Of a stretch of 21,011 bases of DNA, positions 1 to 7,972 are shown piece after piece. Each line of letters opens with the position of its first letter. The stretch's first letter is position 1. The notes under the pieces are model-generated. The model saw only the letters and a list, made by a program, of their open reading frames with translations, searched no databases and had not been told where the DNA came from. A program made the translations under genes and the position numbers. The stretch comes from Nitrospinota bacterium. GTDB lineage: Bacteria > UBA8248. Where the stretch lies: NCBI GenBank assembly GCA_030754595.1, contig JASLZZ010000027.1, positions 1-21,011 of the forward strand, in the 5' to 3' direction.

Positions 1-274
1 GCCAGGGTCTCCTGTCACGCCAGGAAGTGGCACGTTCACGTGGCCTCGGCCTTCCCTCTGGCCCATTACTACCGGGCTGTGCCCGGCTACGGGTGATGAG
101 GGGCTGCAAGGGGTGTCGGACCTGGAGAGGAAGGGATCATTGCGCCCCAAAATGGATAAAACCCTTTATTTACGGTGGATCTGGATGGAAGAGGTGCCCA
201 GGAGGGTATCTTTTTGCGGACTTTATGGACTTCTTGGCGGGAAGTACCGCCGACAGGGAAAATAAGGCCGTATT

Positions 275-303
275 TTGCTAAAAGGAGAGCGTTGCCGCAT
301 AAT
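275..303 (+). promoter_or_regulatory. sigma70-type promoter for the MaoC pair
   Basis: TTGCTA (275-280), 17 bp spacer, CATAAT (298-303); about 90 bp upstream of ATG 393. Confidence 0.55.
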
Positions 304-392
304 TCCGGGTATTTTATTTTTCAGCGTCTTTTATTCGTGTTCCGGGGGGGGCGATCGGGGTGGTGTGTTGAGGAAATACCGGAAAGGGCTTC

Positions 393-851
393 ATGGGTTC
401 TGACTTGAGTTCCGAGAAACCCGAGTTCAACTGGGAGAGCATCGAGGTGGGGATGGTGGCCGGTGAGCGGGAGATCACCTTGACGCCGGAGCGGGTGGCG
501 GCCCATCTCGAGGGAGTCGAGGCCGGGCGCGAATGGTACCGGACGGGCTCCCCGTTCGGCGCTCCCATCGCCCCGCCGATGATCTTCATCAACGATGTTC
601 TCGAAATCATCGACGAGAATTTTCGCCGCTTCGGCACCATCCACGCCAAGTCGGGCTATCGCTTCCACCGCCCGGCGCGGATCGGCGAGCGGGTGTATGA
701 AAAAGTCGTTTTCAAGGATCTTTACGTCAAGCGCGGGAAGGGCTGGATGGTGTGCGAGATGACGGTGACGGGGGAGGACGGCGAGCCGGTCGCCACCTAT
801 CTTCATACCTCGGTCTTGAGTCTCACCCGAAAGCAGGAGGATGAGAAATGA
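393..851 (+). CDS. MaoC/hot-dog fold dehydratase family protein, probably the non-catalytic partner subunit
   Basis: 152 aa; SPFGAPIAPP, IHAKSGYRFHRPARIGE and DLYVKRGK patterns typical of MaoC-N-like proteins; lacks the D-x-x-x-x-H catalytic motif; ATGA overlap with the next gene. Confidence 0.8.
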   Translation: MGSDLSSEKPEFNWESIEVGMVAGEREITLTPERVAAHLEGVEAGREWYRTGSPFGAPIAPPMIFINDVLEIIDENFRRFGTIHAKSGYRFHRPARIGERVYEKVVFKDLYVKRGKGWMVCEMTVTGEDGEPVATYLHTSVLSLTRKQEDEK

Positions 852-1306
852 CCGGTAATGTTTCCCGGGAAAATCTTCCGCCGGCCGGAGACCTTGCGCC
901 GGGCGATAAAATACCGGGGGCCGCTCGCACGGTCGGCCGGGAGCAGATTCTCAAATACAACCGTTACGTGACCGGGGGCGAGGACACCCTGAATATCCAC
1001 ACCGACGACGAGACCGCGCGAAGGGCCGGGCTCCCTCGCGCGATCGCCACCGGGCGCCATCCGGTCTCGTTCATCTCCGAGCACCTGGTCGATCTGTTCG
1101 GAGTGGGATTTTGCGCCGGTGGCGAGATCGACGTGGCCTTCGTGAAACCGATTTTTCCGGGTGACATCCTAACGCTCACCGCCGAGGTCAGGGAGATTCT
1201 CCCAGAGGGCGATGGGCGCCGGGTGGTTCTCGACGTGGCGTTGGTGAATCAGGAGGGCGCCCCGGTCACGGTGGGCTCCGCCAGCGGACTGGTGTCCTCG
1301 GATTAG
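848..1306 (+). CDS. MaoC family (R)-specific enoyl-CoA hydratase/dehydratase
   Basis: 152 aa; hydratase-2 motif DTLNIHTDDETARRAGL with catalytic Asp/His; FVKPIFPGD; NQEGAPV. Confidence 0.88.
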   Translation: MTGNVSRENLPPAGDLAPGDKIPGAARTVGREQILKYNRYVTGGEDTLNIHTDDETARRAGLPRAIATGRHPVSFISEHLVDLFGVGFCAGGEIDVAFVKPIFPGDILTLTAEVREILPEGDGRRVVLDVALVNQEGAPVTVGSASGLVSSD

Positions 1307-1401
1307 TATTGGATTAGAGATTAGTGGTGGCTTAGTGCCCGGCGGGCCGGTGCCAGCCGGTTTGAGTGGCGGGGTTGGTATGTAGGGGTAGTGTTGGAGC
1401 C

Positions 1402-2307
1402 TTAGGTTCCTCCCGCTTCGTCGAGGGCATCCCTGACGAAGGGCACGATCTCCGAGAAACGCTCGGCCACGCGGGCTCCCGCCTCGCGGAGAAGGCGCTT
1501 TTTCACCGAGGGCGCTCCCACCCCGCGCTCGATCAGCGCCCCCGTGTGGCTCTGGGTGGCCGGGGTTTCCGAGTTTTCGAGGAGTTCCCCCGGAATCATC
1601 GCGACGACCGGCTTGGTGAATCCGCCCGAGGCGATGAATTCGGCGGCCTGCTCCTCGCGCGCGGTTCCGGGCTCACCGAACATCACCACGCACTTTGTCT
1701 CCGGGTCTTTCTCGAAGAGTTTCAGAATATCGACAAAGGCGGCCCCGATCAGCAGGTCCCCTCCGATGGCTACATAGGTGGACTGCCCGATTCCGGCGCG
1801 GGTGAGAGCGAGCGAGATCTCCGCGCCCATCCCCCCGCTCCGGCTGACGACCCCGACCGGGCCGGGCCGGAACATCAAGTCCGGCACCTCGCCCCCGGTC
1901 CCGCCCACCTTGGCTTTTCCGGGGGAGAGCATGCCCTGGCTGTTGGGCCCGACGATCAGGGTCCCGGCCTTTCCGGCCCGGGTGAGAATCTCGCAGGCAT
2001 CGTGGTGGGGCACCCCCTCGGCGACGACGTTGACGACCGGAACGCCCCCGTCGATGGCCTCGAGGGCGGCGTCCCTGGCGAAGCGGGCCGGAATGAAAAG
2101 CACGGATAAATCGATCTCGTGCTCGCGCCGGGCGGCCGAGACGGTGCTGTAGACCGGAATCCCCTCTACCTCTTCGCCGCCATGCCCGGGGCTCACCCCG
2201 GCGACGATGTTCGTCCCGTAGTCCCGCATGGTGGGGATGAGCCGTCTCGCCTCGGCCCCCATTCCCTGGACGAGGACCCTGGTTTTCCCGTCGAGTAAAA
2301 TGCTCAT
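1402..2307 (-). CDS. ADP-forming acyl-CoA ligase alpha subunit (SucD / ATP-citrate lyase alpha family, no lyase domain)
   Basis: 301 aa; MSILLDGKTRVLVQG CoA-binding N-terminus, GPNSQG, SRSGGM, VAIGGD, phospho-His loop QSHTGA; ATGA overlap with the beta gene. Confidence 0.9.
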   Translation of the reverse strand: MSILLDGKTRVLVQGMGAEARRLIPTMRDYGTNIVAGVSPGHGGEEVEGIPVYSTVSAARREHEIDLSVLFIPARFARDAALEAIDGGVPVVNVVAEGVPHHDACEILTRAGKAGTLIVGPNSQGMLSPGKAKVGGTGGEVPDLMFRPGPVGVVSRSGGMGAEISLALTRAGIGQSTYVAIGGDLLIGAAFVDILKLFEKDPETKCVVMFGEPGTAREEQAAEFIASGGFTKPVVAMIPGELLENSETPATQSHTGALIERGVGAPSVKKRLLREAGARVAERFSEIVPFVRDALDEAGGT

Positions 2308-3527
2308 GGCCCCTCCGCGCTCCCCCTGCCGTAGGCTCGATCGACAATGCGCTTGCAGATATCCTCGAGCGTGGTCTCGGCTCCGTACATTTCCGCGCCC
2401 GGAACCTCGGCCATCAGCCGCCGGCCCTCCTCGGCCCCCGGTCCGTCGTAGCGGACGACGACGGGGAAGCGCTCATAGTCGATGTCGAGTTCCTTCAGCG
2501 CCCGGACGATTCCGGCCACCCGCCGGTCCACCCGCGCGAAATTGCTCACGTTCGCCGAGAGAACCATCCCGCGGAGGCCGGGTTTCCCGTAGACGGTTTT
2601 GACGACCCGGTACATTTTCTCCTCAAAGGGCCCCGGCGTGATGTCGAACGTGGTGGCCGGGCGCCCCTGCTCCCGCGTGATCTGCTCGAAGGAGGAGAGC
2701 CCGTAGCCCCCTCCCGAGATCAAAAAGGCGATGTCGCCGTCGAGTTCGTTGAAGCGAATGGCGCTGACATGGGGGTTGATGGCGTCGATCTCGCGGATCG
2801 CCTGCTCAAGCTCGGTGAGGGGCCGCCAGCCGTTTCCCTGCTCCTCGCCCAGTTTTTTTTCGAGGTCCGGTTGGCGAAAGAGCGCCTGCTCGTCGAGGAC
2901 GGCGACCCCCGACCCGGCGATCACTTGGCCGCCGGCGATTTCGGCGAGGGGGTTGACCTCGATTGTCCGGCAGTCGGCCGCTCTGAATGCACGGTAGGCG
3001 GCGTGGATGGCTCGGCCGCACCCGAGGGCGGGGCCGGGCTCGAGGCCGGCGCTTTCGGCGAAGGAGACGCACTCGTAGGCCTCGAGTCCCCGCGTGATAT
3101 CGACCGGAAGCTCGAAAAGCTGATCGGGGCGCTCTGAGACGATCTCCTCGATGTCCACCCCGCCCGTCGGGCTGAAGAGCACGAGCGGACACCTGCGGGA
3201 GGGGTCGAAGGTGATGGAGAGGAAAAACTCGCGGCGGATGTCGAGCGCTTCCATGACGATGAGGCGGCTCACCGGAAAGTGGCGGACGGTGAGTCCGAGA
3301 ATGTGCCCGGCCTCGGCCCTGGCCTCGGAGGGCGAAGAAACGAATTTGACCGCACCGGCCTTTCCCCGCTTGCCGGTGGGCACCAGCGCCTTGAGGACTG
3401 CTTTTCCGCCCATTTTCTCAACAGCGGCGGCGGCCTCCTCGGGGGTTCCGGCGGCGGTGTACTCCGGCACAGGAACGCCGTGGCCGGCGAGGAGGTCCAA
3501 CGAATCGGTTTCGAGCAAGCGGGACAA
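2304..3527 (-). CDS. ADP-forming acyl-CoA ligase beta subunit (ATP-grasp; ATP-citrate lyase / citryl-CoA synthetase-like C-terminal domain)
   Basis: 407 aa; TTG start with AAAGGA RBS; GKRGKAGAV, GGVDIEE, IEVNPL; C-terminal ISGGG, SNFARV, GIVRA, VRYDGP. Confidence 0.9.
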   Translation of the reverse strand: MSRLLETDSLDLLAGHGVPVPEYTAAGTPEEAAAAVEKMGGKAVLKALVPTGKRGKAGAVKFVSSPSEARAEAGHILGLTVRHFPVSRLIVMEALDIRREFFLSITFDPSRRCPLVLFSPTGGVDIEEIVSERPDQLFELPVDITRGLEAYECVSFAESAGLEPGPALGCGRAIHAAYRAFRAADCRTIEVNPLAEIAGGQVIAGSGVAVLDEQALFRQPDLEKKLGEEQGNGWRPLTELEQAIREIDAINPHVSAIRFNELDGDIAFLISGGGYGLSSFEQITREQGRPATTFDITPGPFEEKMYRVVKTVYGKPGLRGMVLSANVSNFARVDRRVAGIVRALKELDIDYERFPVVVRYDGPGAEEGRRLMAEVPGAEMYGAETTLEDICKRIVDRAYGRGSAEGP

Positions 3528-3590
3528 TGGTTTTTCCTTTTCCGCGAACAGAAAAGCTTCCGGGCTGAGTGTTGTTTTGAACCAATATCA

Positions 3591-3626
3591 AGGGATGGTC
3601 AAATGTCGAGGGATGGTCAAACATCG
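3591..3626. repeat. 18-bp tandem direct repeat, 2 copies
   Basis: AGGGATGGTCAAATGTCG (3591-3608) and AGGGATGGTCAAACATCG (3609-3626), 16/18 identical. Confidence 0.85.
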
Positions 3627-3721
3627 GGGGCTGTTTGTGCGGCGAATGGGGATATTTTGGGCGCCGTTATTTTCAAAATCCTTTTAAAAGCCGCCGATCC
3701 GGGGGGGCGGCTCGTGGGGGA

Positions 3722-3770
3722 ATTCCCGGATTTTATTTTCCTTGACCGGGAATATTTAACAGTCTAGAAT
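3722..3770 (+). promoter_or_regulatory. sigma70 promoter of the ABC operon with an inverted repeat overlapping the -35 box
   Basis: TTGACC (3742-3747), 17 bp, TAGAAT (3765-3770); ATTCCCGG (3722-3729) N16 CCGGGAAT (3746-3753). Confidence 0.7.
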
Positions 3771-3888
3771 TCGCGCATAACCTTTATTTCCAACCGGATT
3801 CGGAATTTTTCGTGCAGTGTTGTAGGCATAGTTTTCCGCGCGGACGATCTCTCCGCGCTCATCTCCCTTTAGGAAAGGAGAGGCACCC

Positions 3889-4977
3889 ATGACAGGAAGA
3901 TTTTTAAGGTTCGGAATCGCCGGGTTGGCCGCAGCGGCGATGTTGATGTCCATCCCTGCTGCCGAGGCGGCGGACATGCGGGCGGCGAAAAAAGAGGGCA
4001 AGATTCTCTGGTACAGCTCTTTGCTGTTATCAACCTCCCAGAAGGTGTGCAAAGCCTTTAATGATAGGAAATTGGGTATTCAGTGCATTCTTCACCGCGA
4101 CGGATCGGGGAAGCTCTATAGACGCTACCGGACTGAAGCCAGGGGAAAACTCTTTAAGGCTGACGTGATACACACCTCGAACATCGGCCATTTCATCATC
4201 ATGAACGACAAGCTCAAGTTCATTCGCCCCTACAAGCCGAAGGGGGTGGATCGGTTCGTCGAGGATTTTAAGACGAAAGATAACAGATGGACGATTTTTC
4301 GGGCCAGCGTCATGGTCCCTTTGTACAATACCAAACTCGTTAAAGCAGAAGATGTTCCGACAAGCTGGTTGGATTTCCTGAAGCCGAAATGGAAGAAAAA
4401 ACTTGTCGTAGCGGATCCGAACTACGGTGGTTTCGCCACGGCTACGATGATCGCTCTGTCAAATATGTTCGGTGACGACTACTACATCAAGCTGCGGAAC
4501 AATAAACCCAGAACATTTGACTCGGCGGGCGCTACGGGCGTGCTGGTCGCGCGCGGTGAAGTGCTGATGACAACCGGTACGGTGGCCTATGGCGCTTTTG
4601 ATTTGATTAAAAAAGGCGAGCCTGTAAAAATGGTCATACCCAAGGAGGGAGTTCCCTTCGTGGCGTCGCCGGCGTCGGTACTCGCGAAGGCTCCGCATCC
4701 AAACGCCGCTGAAGTTTTCATGGATCATCTCTTCAGCAAGGATACCCAGCAGCTTCTCGCCGACAATGGACTCTATGTCGGGCATCCGGATGTGAAATAT
4801 CCCAAAGCCCAGACCCCGCTGTCCGCGCTTAAATTGCTCAAGGTCGACCCGCAGGAGATGAAGAAAAGAAGCAAGCCCATCCGGAAAAAGTTTACCAAGA
4901 TTTTCCGCGGTATCCTGACGGAAGGAAAGAAGGCGACCAAGAAAAGGGCGAAGGCTGCAAGGAAGGGGAAAAATTAA
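3889..4977 (+). CDS. ABC transporter substrate-binding protein (FbpA/AfuA/thiamine-type family)
   Basis: 362 aa; Sec signal peptide ending AEA; AAKKEGKILWYSS, YNTKLV..VPTSWLDFL, APHPNAAEVFMDHLFS; RBS AAAGGAGAGG. Confidence 0.92.
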   Translation: MTGRFLRFGIAGLAAAAMLMSIPAAEAADMRAAKKEGKILWYSSLLLSTSQKVCKAFNDRKLGIQCILHRDGSGKLYRRYRTEARGKLFKADVIHTSNIGHFIIMNDKLKFIRPYKPKGVDRFVEDFKTKDNRWTIFRASVMVPLYNTKLVKAEDVPTSWLDFLKPKWKKKLVVADPNYGGFATATMIALSNMFGDDYYIKLRNNKPRTFDSAGATGVLVARGEVLMTTGTVAYGAFDLIKKGEPVKMVIPKEGVPFVASPASVLAKAPHPNAAEVFMDHLFSKDTQQLLADNGLYVGHPDVKYPKAQTPLSALKLLKVDPQEMKKRSKPIRKKFTKIFRGILTEGKKATKKRAKAARKGKN

Positions 4978-5004
4978 CGTAGTTTCACTCCTGAAGCGAA
5001 TGAT

Positions 5005-5047
5005 GCCGGAAGGGGCGTTTAGGATGCGTCCCTTCCGGCGAAGTTTG
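5005..5047 (+). terminator. stem-loop between SBP and permease genes (partial terminator or mRNA stabiliser)
   Basis: 14-bp stem (5005-5018 with 5026-5039, two G-U pairs), 7-nt loop, followed by GAAGTTTGTTT. Confidence 0.65.
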
Positions 5048-5105
5048 TTTGATCCGAATGAAAAACTATCACTTTTCGGTGATGAACTGTTTAGGTGGAT
5101 AAGCC

Positions 5106-6848
5106 TTGGCCCAACTAACGGATAGTTTCGCAAGCCCTTTGGCGGCCCGATTTATTTCCGCGCGGAGAAAGTTCGATGCTTCCACCGTGGTATGGGTCAC
5201 TATTGCGGCTATTCTCCTCATACTTATCGTTAAACCCGTATATCATCTGGCCAAGCAAAGTTTTCTCCTCCCCGAAGAAGACGGGGGAGGTTGGACCTTA
5301 CTCAACTACTTTACCGCTTTCACCGAGCCGGAACATTATTATCCCATTTTCTCGACTCTTTATATTTCTTTCTCGGTTGGGATCTTGAGTTTGATTCTCG
5401 GCGCCATAATTGCCTGGTGCATCAGCAGGACGGATGTTCCCTTCCCTAACCTACTGCGCAATTCCGTATTGATGTCTTTTGTTACGCCTCCTTTTTTAGG
5501 AGCAATCGCTTGGATATTCCTGGCCGGCCCGAGGCAGGGATGGATAAATATTATCTATCGGGCAATTACGGGGGCTGGCCCGGACGATTATCTGGTTGAT
5601 ATTTTCACCGTGGGAGGGATGGTTTTCGCGATGACGCTATACACCTTTCCCTTGGTGTTTATCGTTGTCCTCGCCGGGCTCAACAACGTCTCCTCCGACA
5701 TTGAGGATGCCGCGAATATCGCGGGGGGCGGGACATTTTCGACGATGATAAATGTCACTCTCCCGCTTGTTATGCCGGCACTTGTCGCAGGACTCATATT
5801 GGGGACGCTTGAAGCCATGATCCTCTTCGGCATCCCGGCAGTGTTAGGATTGCCAGCCGGGAATCATGTGATGACAACCCAACTCCGGGCCTTCATGTCC
5901 TCCGATGAGGATATGATAGGCATTGCCGCCGCCTACTCGTTGCCCATGCTGATGACGGCCTTTTGGCTTGTGTATATGAGGCGGCATGTGCTCGGCCGCA
6001 GGGGCTACGCCACCCTGGGCGGCAAGGGTGGCCAGCGCCGCCCTCAGAGGCTGGGCCCCTGGCGCTACCCTGTATTTATCCTCTGCTCGATTCCGGTCCT
6101 TTGTGCGATCGTGTTGCCCTATTTCATGTTGACGACTACTTCCTTTTTGAAAACCATCGGACACGGCTTGTCGCTATCGAATCTGACCTTTGATAACTAT
6201 ATATTTATTTTTAACAATGATGCCGTTCGGATTTCTTTTTACAACACCATCATGCTGGCTTTAATGGCCGCGACGGCGGCGACACTCATAGCCGCCGTGA
6301 CTTCGTATATCACCCAGCGGAATCTTGTTCGCGGACATAAATATATGAGTTTTCTGGCGACCGCACCGATCGGGATTCCCGGAATTGTTCTGGCGGTTGG
6401 GCTCTTTTCCGCTTATACCCAAGAACCATTTCTCCTTTACGGTACGATATGGATCATGTTCATAGCCTATGTTACCAAATATCTTCCTCTGGCCTTTCAG
6501 ACAAGCAATGCATCGTTGATGAGCATCCACCCCGAACTCGAGGAGTGCAGCCGCATTCTGGGGGCGAGCCGCCTCCAGGTCTTCAAGGACGTCACGATTC
6601 CGCTGTTCAAGGCGGGCCTGCTCGCTTCGTGGATCCTGGTGTTCATGCCCTCGCTTCGGGAATTGAGCGCATCCATCCTTCTTTATACTTCGGAAACAAA
6701 AGTTGTTTCCGTTATGATCATTACGTTTTACGAGGAAGCCCTGTTAGGCGCCATTTCGGCCATAGGTGTGATATTGCTGGCAATTACCTCAATTGCGGTA
6801 CTGATTGGCTATAAGGTGGTCGGTCGAGATTTCATGCGTTCCGAATAA
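5106..6848 (+). CDS. ABC transporter permease, duplicated TMD (FbpB-type)
   Basis: 580 aa; TTG start; many hydrophobic helices; two EAA loops (IEDAANIAGG and LEECSRILGA). Confidence 0.93.
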   Translation: MAQLTDSFASPLAARFISARRKFDASTVVWVTIAAILLILIVKPVYHLAKQSFLLPEEDGGGWTLLNYFTAFTEPEHYYPIFSTLYISFSVGILSLILGAIIAWCISRTDVPFPNLLRNSVLMSFVTPPFLGAIAWIFLAGPRQGWINIIYRAITGAGPDDYLVDIFTVGGMVFAMTLYTFPLVFIVVLAGLNNVSSDIEDAANIAGGGTFSTMINVTLPLVMPALVAGLILGTLEAMILFGIPAVLGLPAGNHVMTTQLRAFMSSDEDMIGIAAAYSLPMLMTAFWLVYMRRHVLGRRGYATLGGKGGQRRPQRLGPWRYPVFILCSIPVLCAIVLPYFMLTTTSFLKTIGHGLSLSNLTFDNYIFIFNNDAVRISFYNTIMLALMAATAATLIAAVTSYITQRNLVRGHKYMSFLATAPIGIPGIVLAVGLFSAYTQEPFLLYGTIWIMFIAYVTKYLPLAFQTSNASLMSIHPELEECSRILGASRLQVFKDVTIPLFKAGLLASWILVFMPSLRELSASILLYTSETKVVSVMIITFYEEALLGAISAIGVILLAITSIAVLIGYKVVGRDFMRSE

Positions 6849-6865
6849 GGAAGGAGAAAGTTCCC

Positions 6866-7960
6866 TTGGCGACACTTGACCTGAAACACCTTCTCAAAAT
6901 ATTCGGCAGCGAGGTGCGCGCCGTAGACGGGATTGACCTGAACATCCGCCACGGAGAGCTGATCTCGCTTCTCGGCCCCTCGGGCTGCGGCAAGACGACG
7001 ACGCTTCGGCTGGTGGCGGGGTTCATCGACCCGGACGGGGGGGCGATCGAGGTCGAGGGAGAGGTCATCTCCAGCCCCGGGGCCATCGTTCCTCCCGAGC
7101 GGCGCAACATGAGCATGATCTTCCAGAGCTACGCCGTCTGGCCCCACAAGACGGTCTACCAGAACGTCGCCTACGGGCTGAAGTTCCGGGATGTCACCAT
7201 CCAGGAGTCCGACCAAAAAGTGCGCAAGATGCTCGATATCGTGCAGATGGGGCATCTGGGCGAGCGTTATCCGGGCGAGCTCTCCGGCGGCCAACAACAG
7301 CGCGTCGCGCTGGCGAGGGCGCTCGTCGTGGAGCCGAGCATACTTCTTTTGGACGAGCCCCTCTCGAACCTGGACGCCAACCTGCGCGAGGAGATGCGCT
7401 TCGAGATCAGGCGCCTGCACGACGAATTTCACATCACGAGCATCTACGTCACCCACGATCAGTCCGAGGCCATGGTCACGAGCGATCGGATCTGCCTGAT
7501 GAACCACGGTAAGATCGAGCAGGTGGGCACGGCGATGGAGATCTACGACAACCCCGAGACGCGATTCGTCGCCGAGTTCGTCGGGGTGACGAACAGCATC
7601 GAGGGCTCGAGCCCCTCTCCCGGCCTCTTCGACACCGGGGGCGATCTGAAGTTCAAGATGGGGAGCAACGGCGCCGCCGGGGCGGAGGGAAAGCATTTTG
7701 TCTCCATCCGCCCCCACCGCATCGGGATTCACCCCGAGGGCGCCCCTATCGATGGGGCCGAGGGCCAGAATATCCTCGACGGCGAGGTGACGAGGGGCTA
7801 TTTTCTGGGCAATGCGGCGGACTATCTCGTCAAGGTGCCGGGTCTCGAGGAGCCTCTCCGGGTGGAGGGAGACCCCTCCCGGTTTTTCCCGGCCGGCACC
7901 AAGGTTCGCCTCGCGATCGAGCCCGATTCGGTCATTCCCGTCCGCGCCAGCGAAGGCTAG
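6866..7960 (+). CDS. ABC transporter ATP-binding protein (PotA/FbpC-type, C-terminal TOBE region)
   Basis: 364 aa; TTG start with AAGGAGA RBS; Walker A GPSGCGKT, LSGGQQQR, LLLDEPLSNLD, VTHDQ. Confidence 0.96.
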   Translation: MATLDLKHLLKIFGSEVRAVDGIDLNIRHGELISLLGPSGCGKTTTLRLVAGFIDPDGGAIEVEGEVISSPGAIVPPERRNMSMIFQSYAVWPHKTVYQNVAYGLKFRDVTIQESDQKVRKMLDIVQMGHLGERYPGELSGGQQQRVALARALVVEPSILLLDEPLSNLDANLREEMRFEIRRLHDEFHITSIYVTHDQSEAMVTSDRICLMNHGKIEQVGTAMEIYDNPETRFVAEFVGVTNSIEGSSPSPGLFDTGGDLKFKMGSNGAAGAEGKHFVSIRPHRIGIHPEGAPIDGAEGQNILDGEVTRGYFLGNAADYLVKVPGLEEPLRVEGDPSRFFPAGTKVRLAIEPDSVIPVRASEG

Positions 7961-7972
7961 CCGCCGCCCGCC

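Noticed and set aside
5..30. IS6-like terminal inverted repeat (CTGTCACG)
   Set aside because: Spacing from the terminal GG does not fit, and there is no partner repeat or transposase in the window.
1..110. Cobalamin riboswitch on the minus strand (GGGAAGGC...CAGGAGACC)
   Set aside because: Only 3' fragments resemble the B12 box; the AGGGAA-CGGTG-AA-TCCG core is missing.
1402..3527. Canonical sucCD or aclAB assignment
   Set aside because: The SucC succinate motifs are absent, the ACL citrate ligands are substituted, and the lyase domain is missing.
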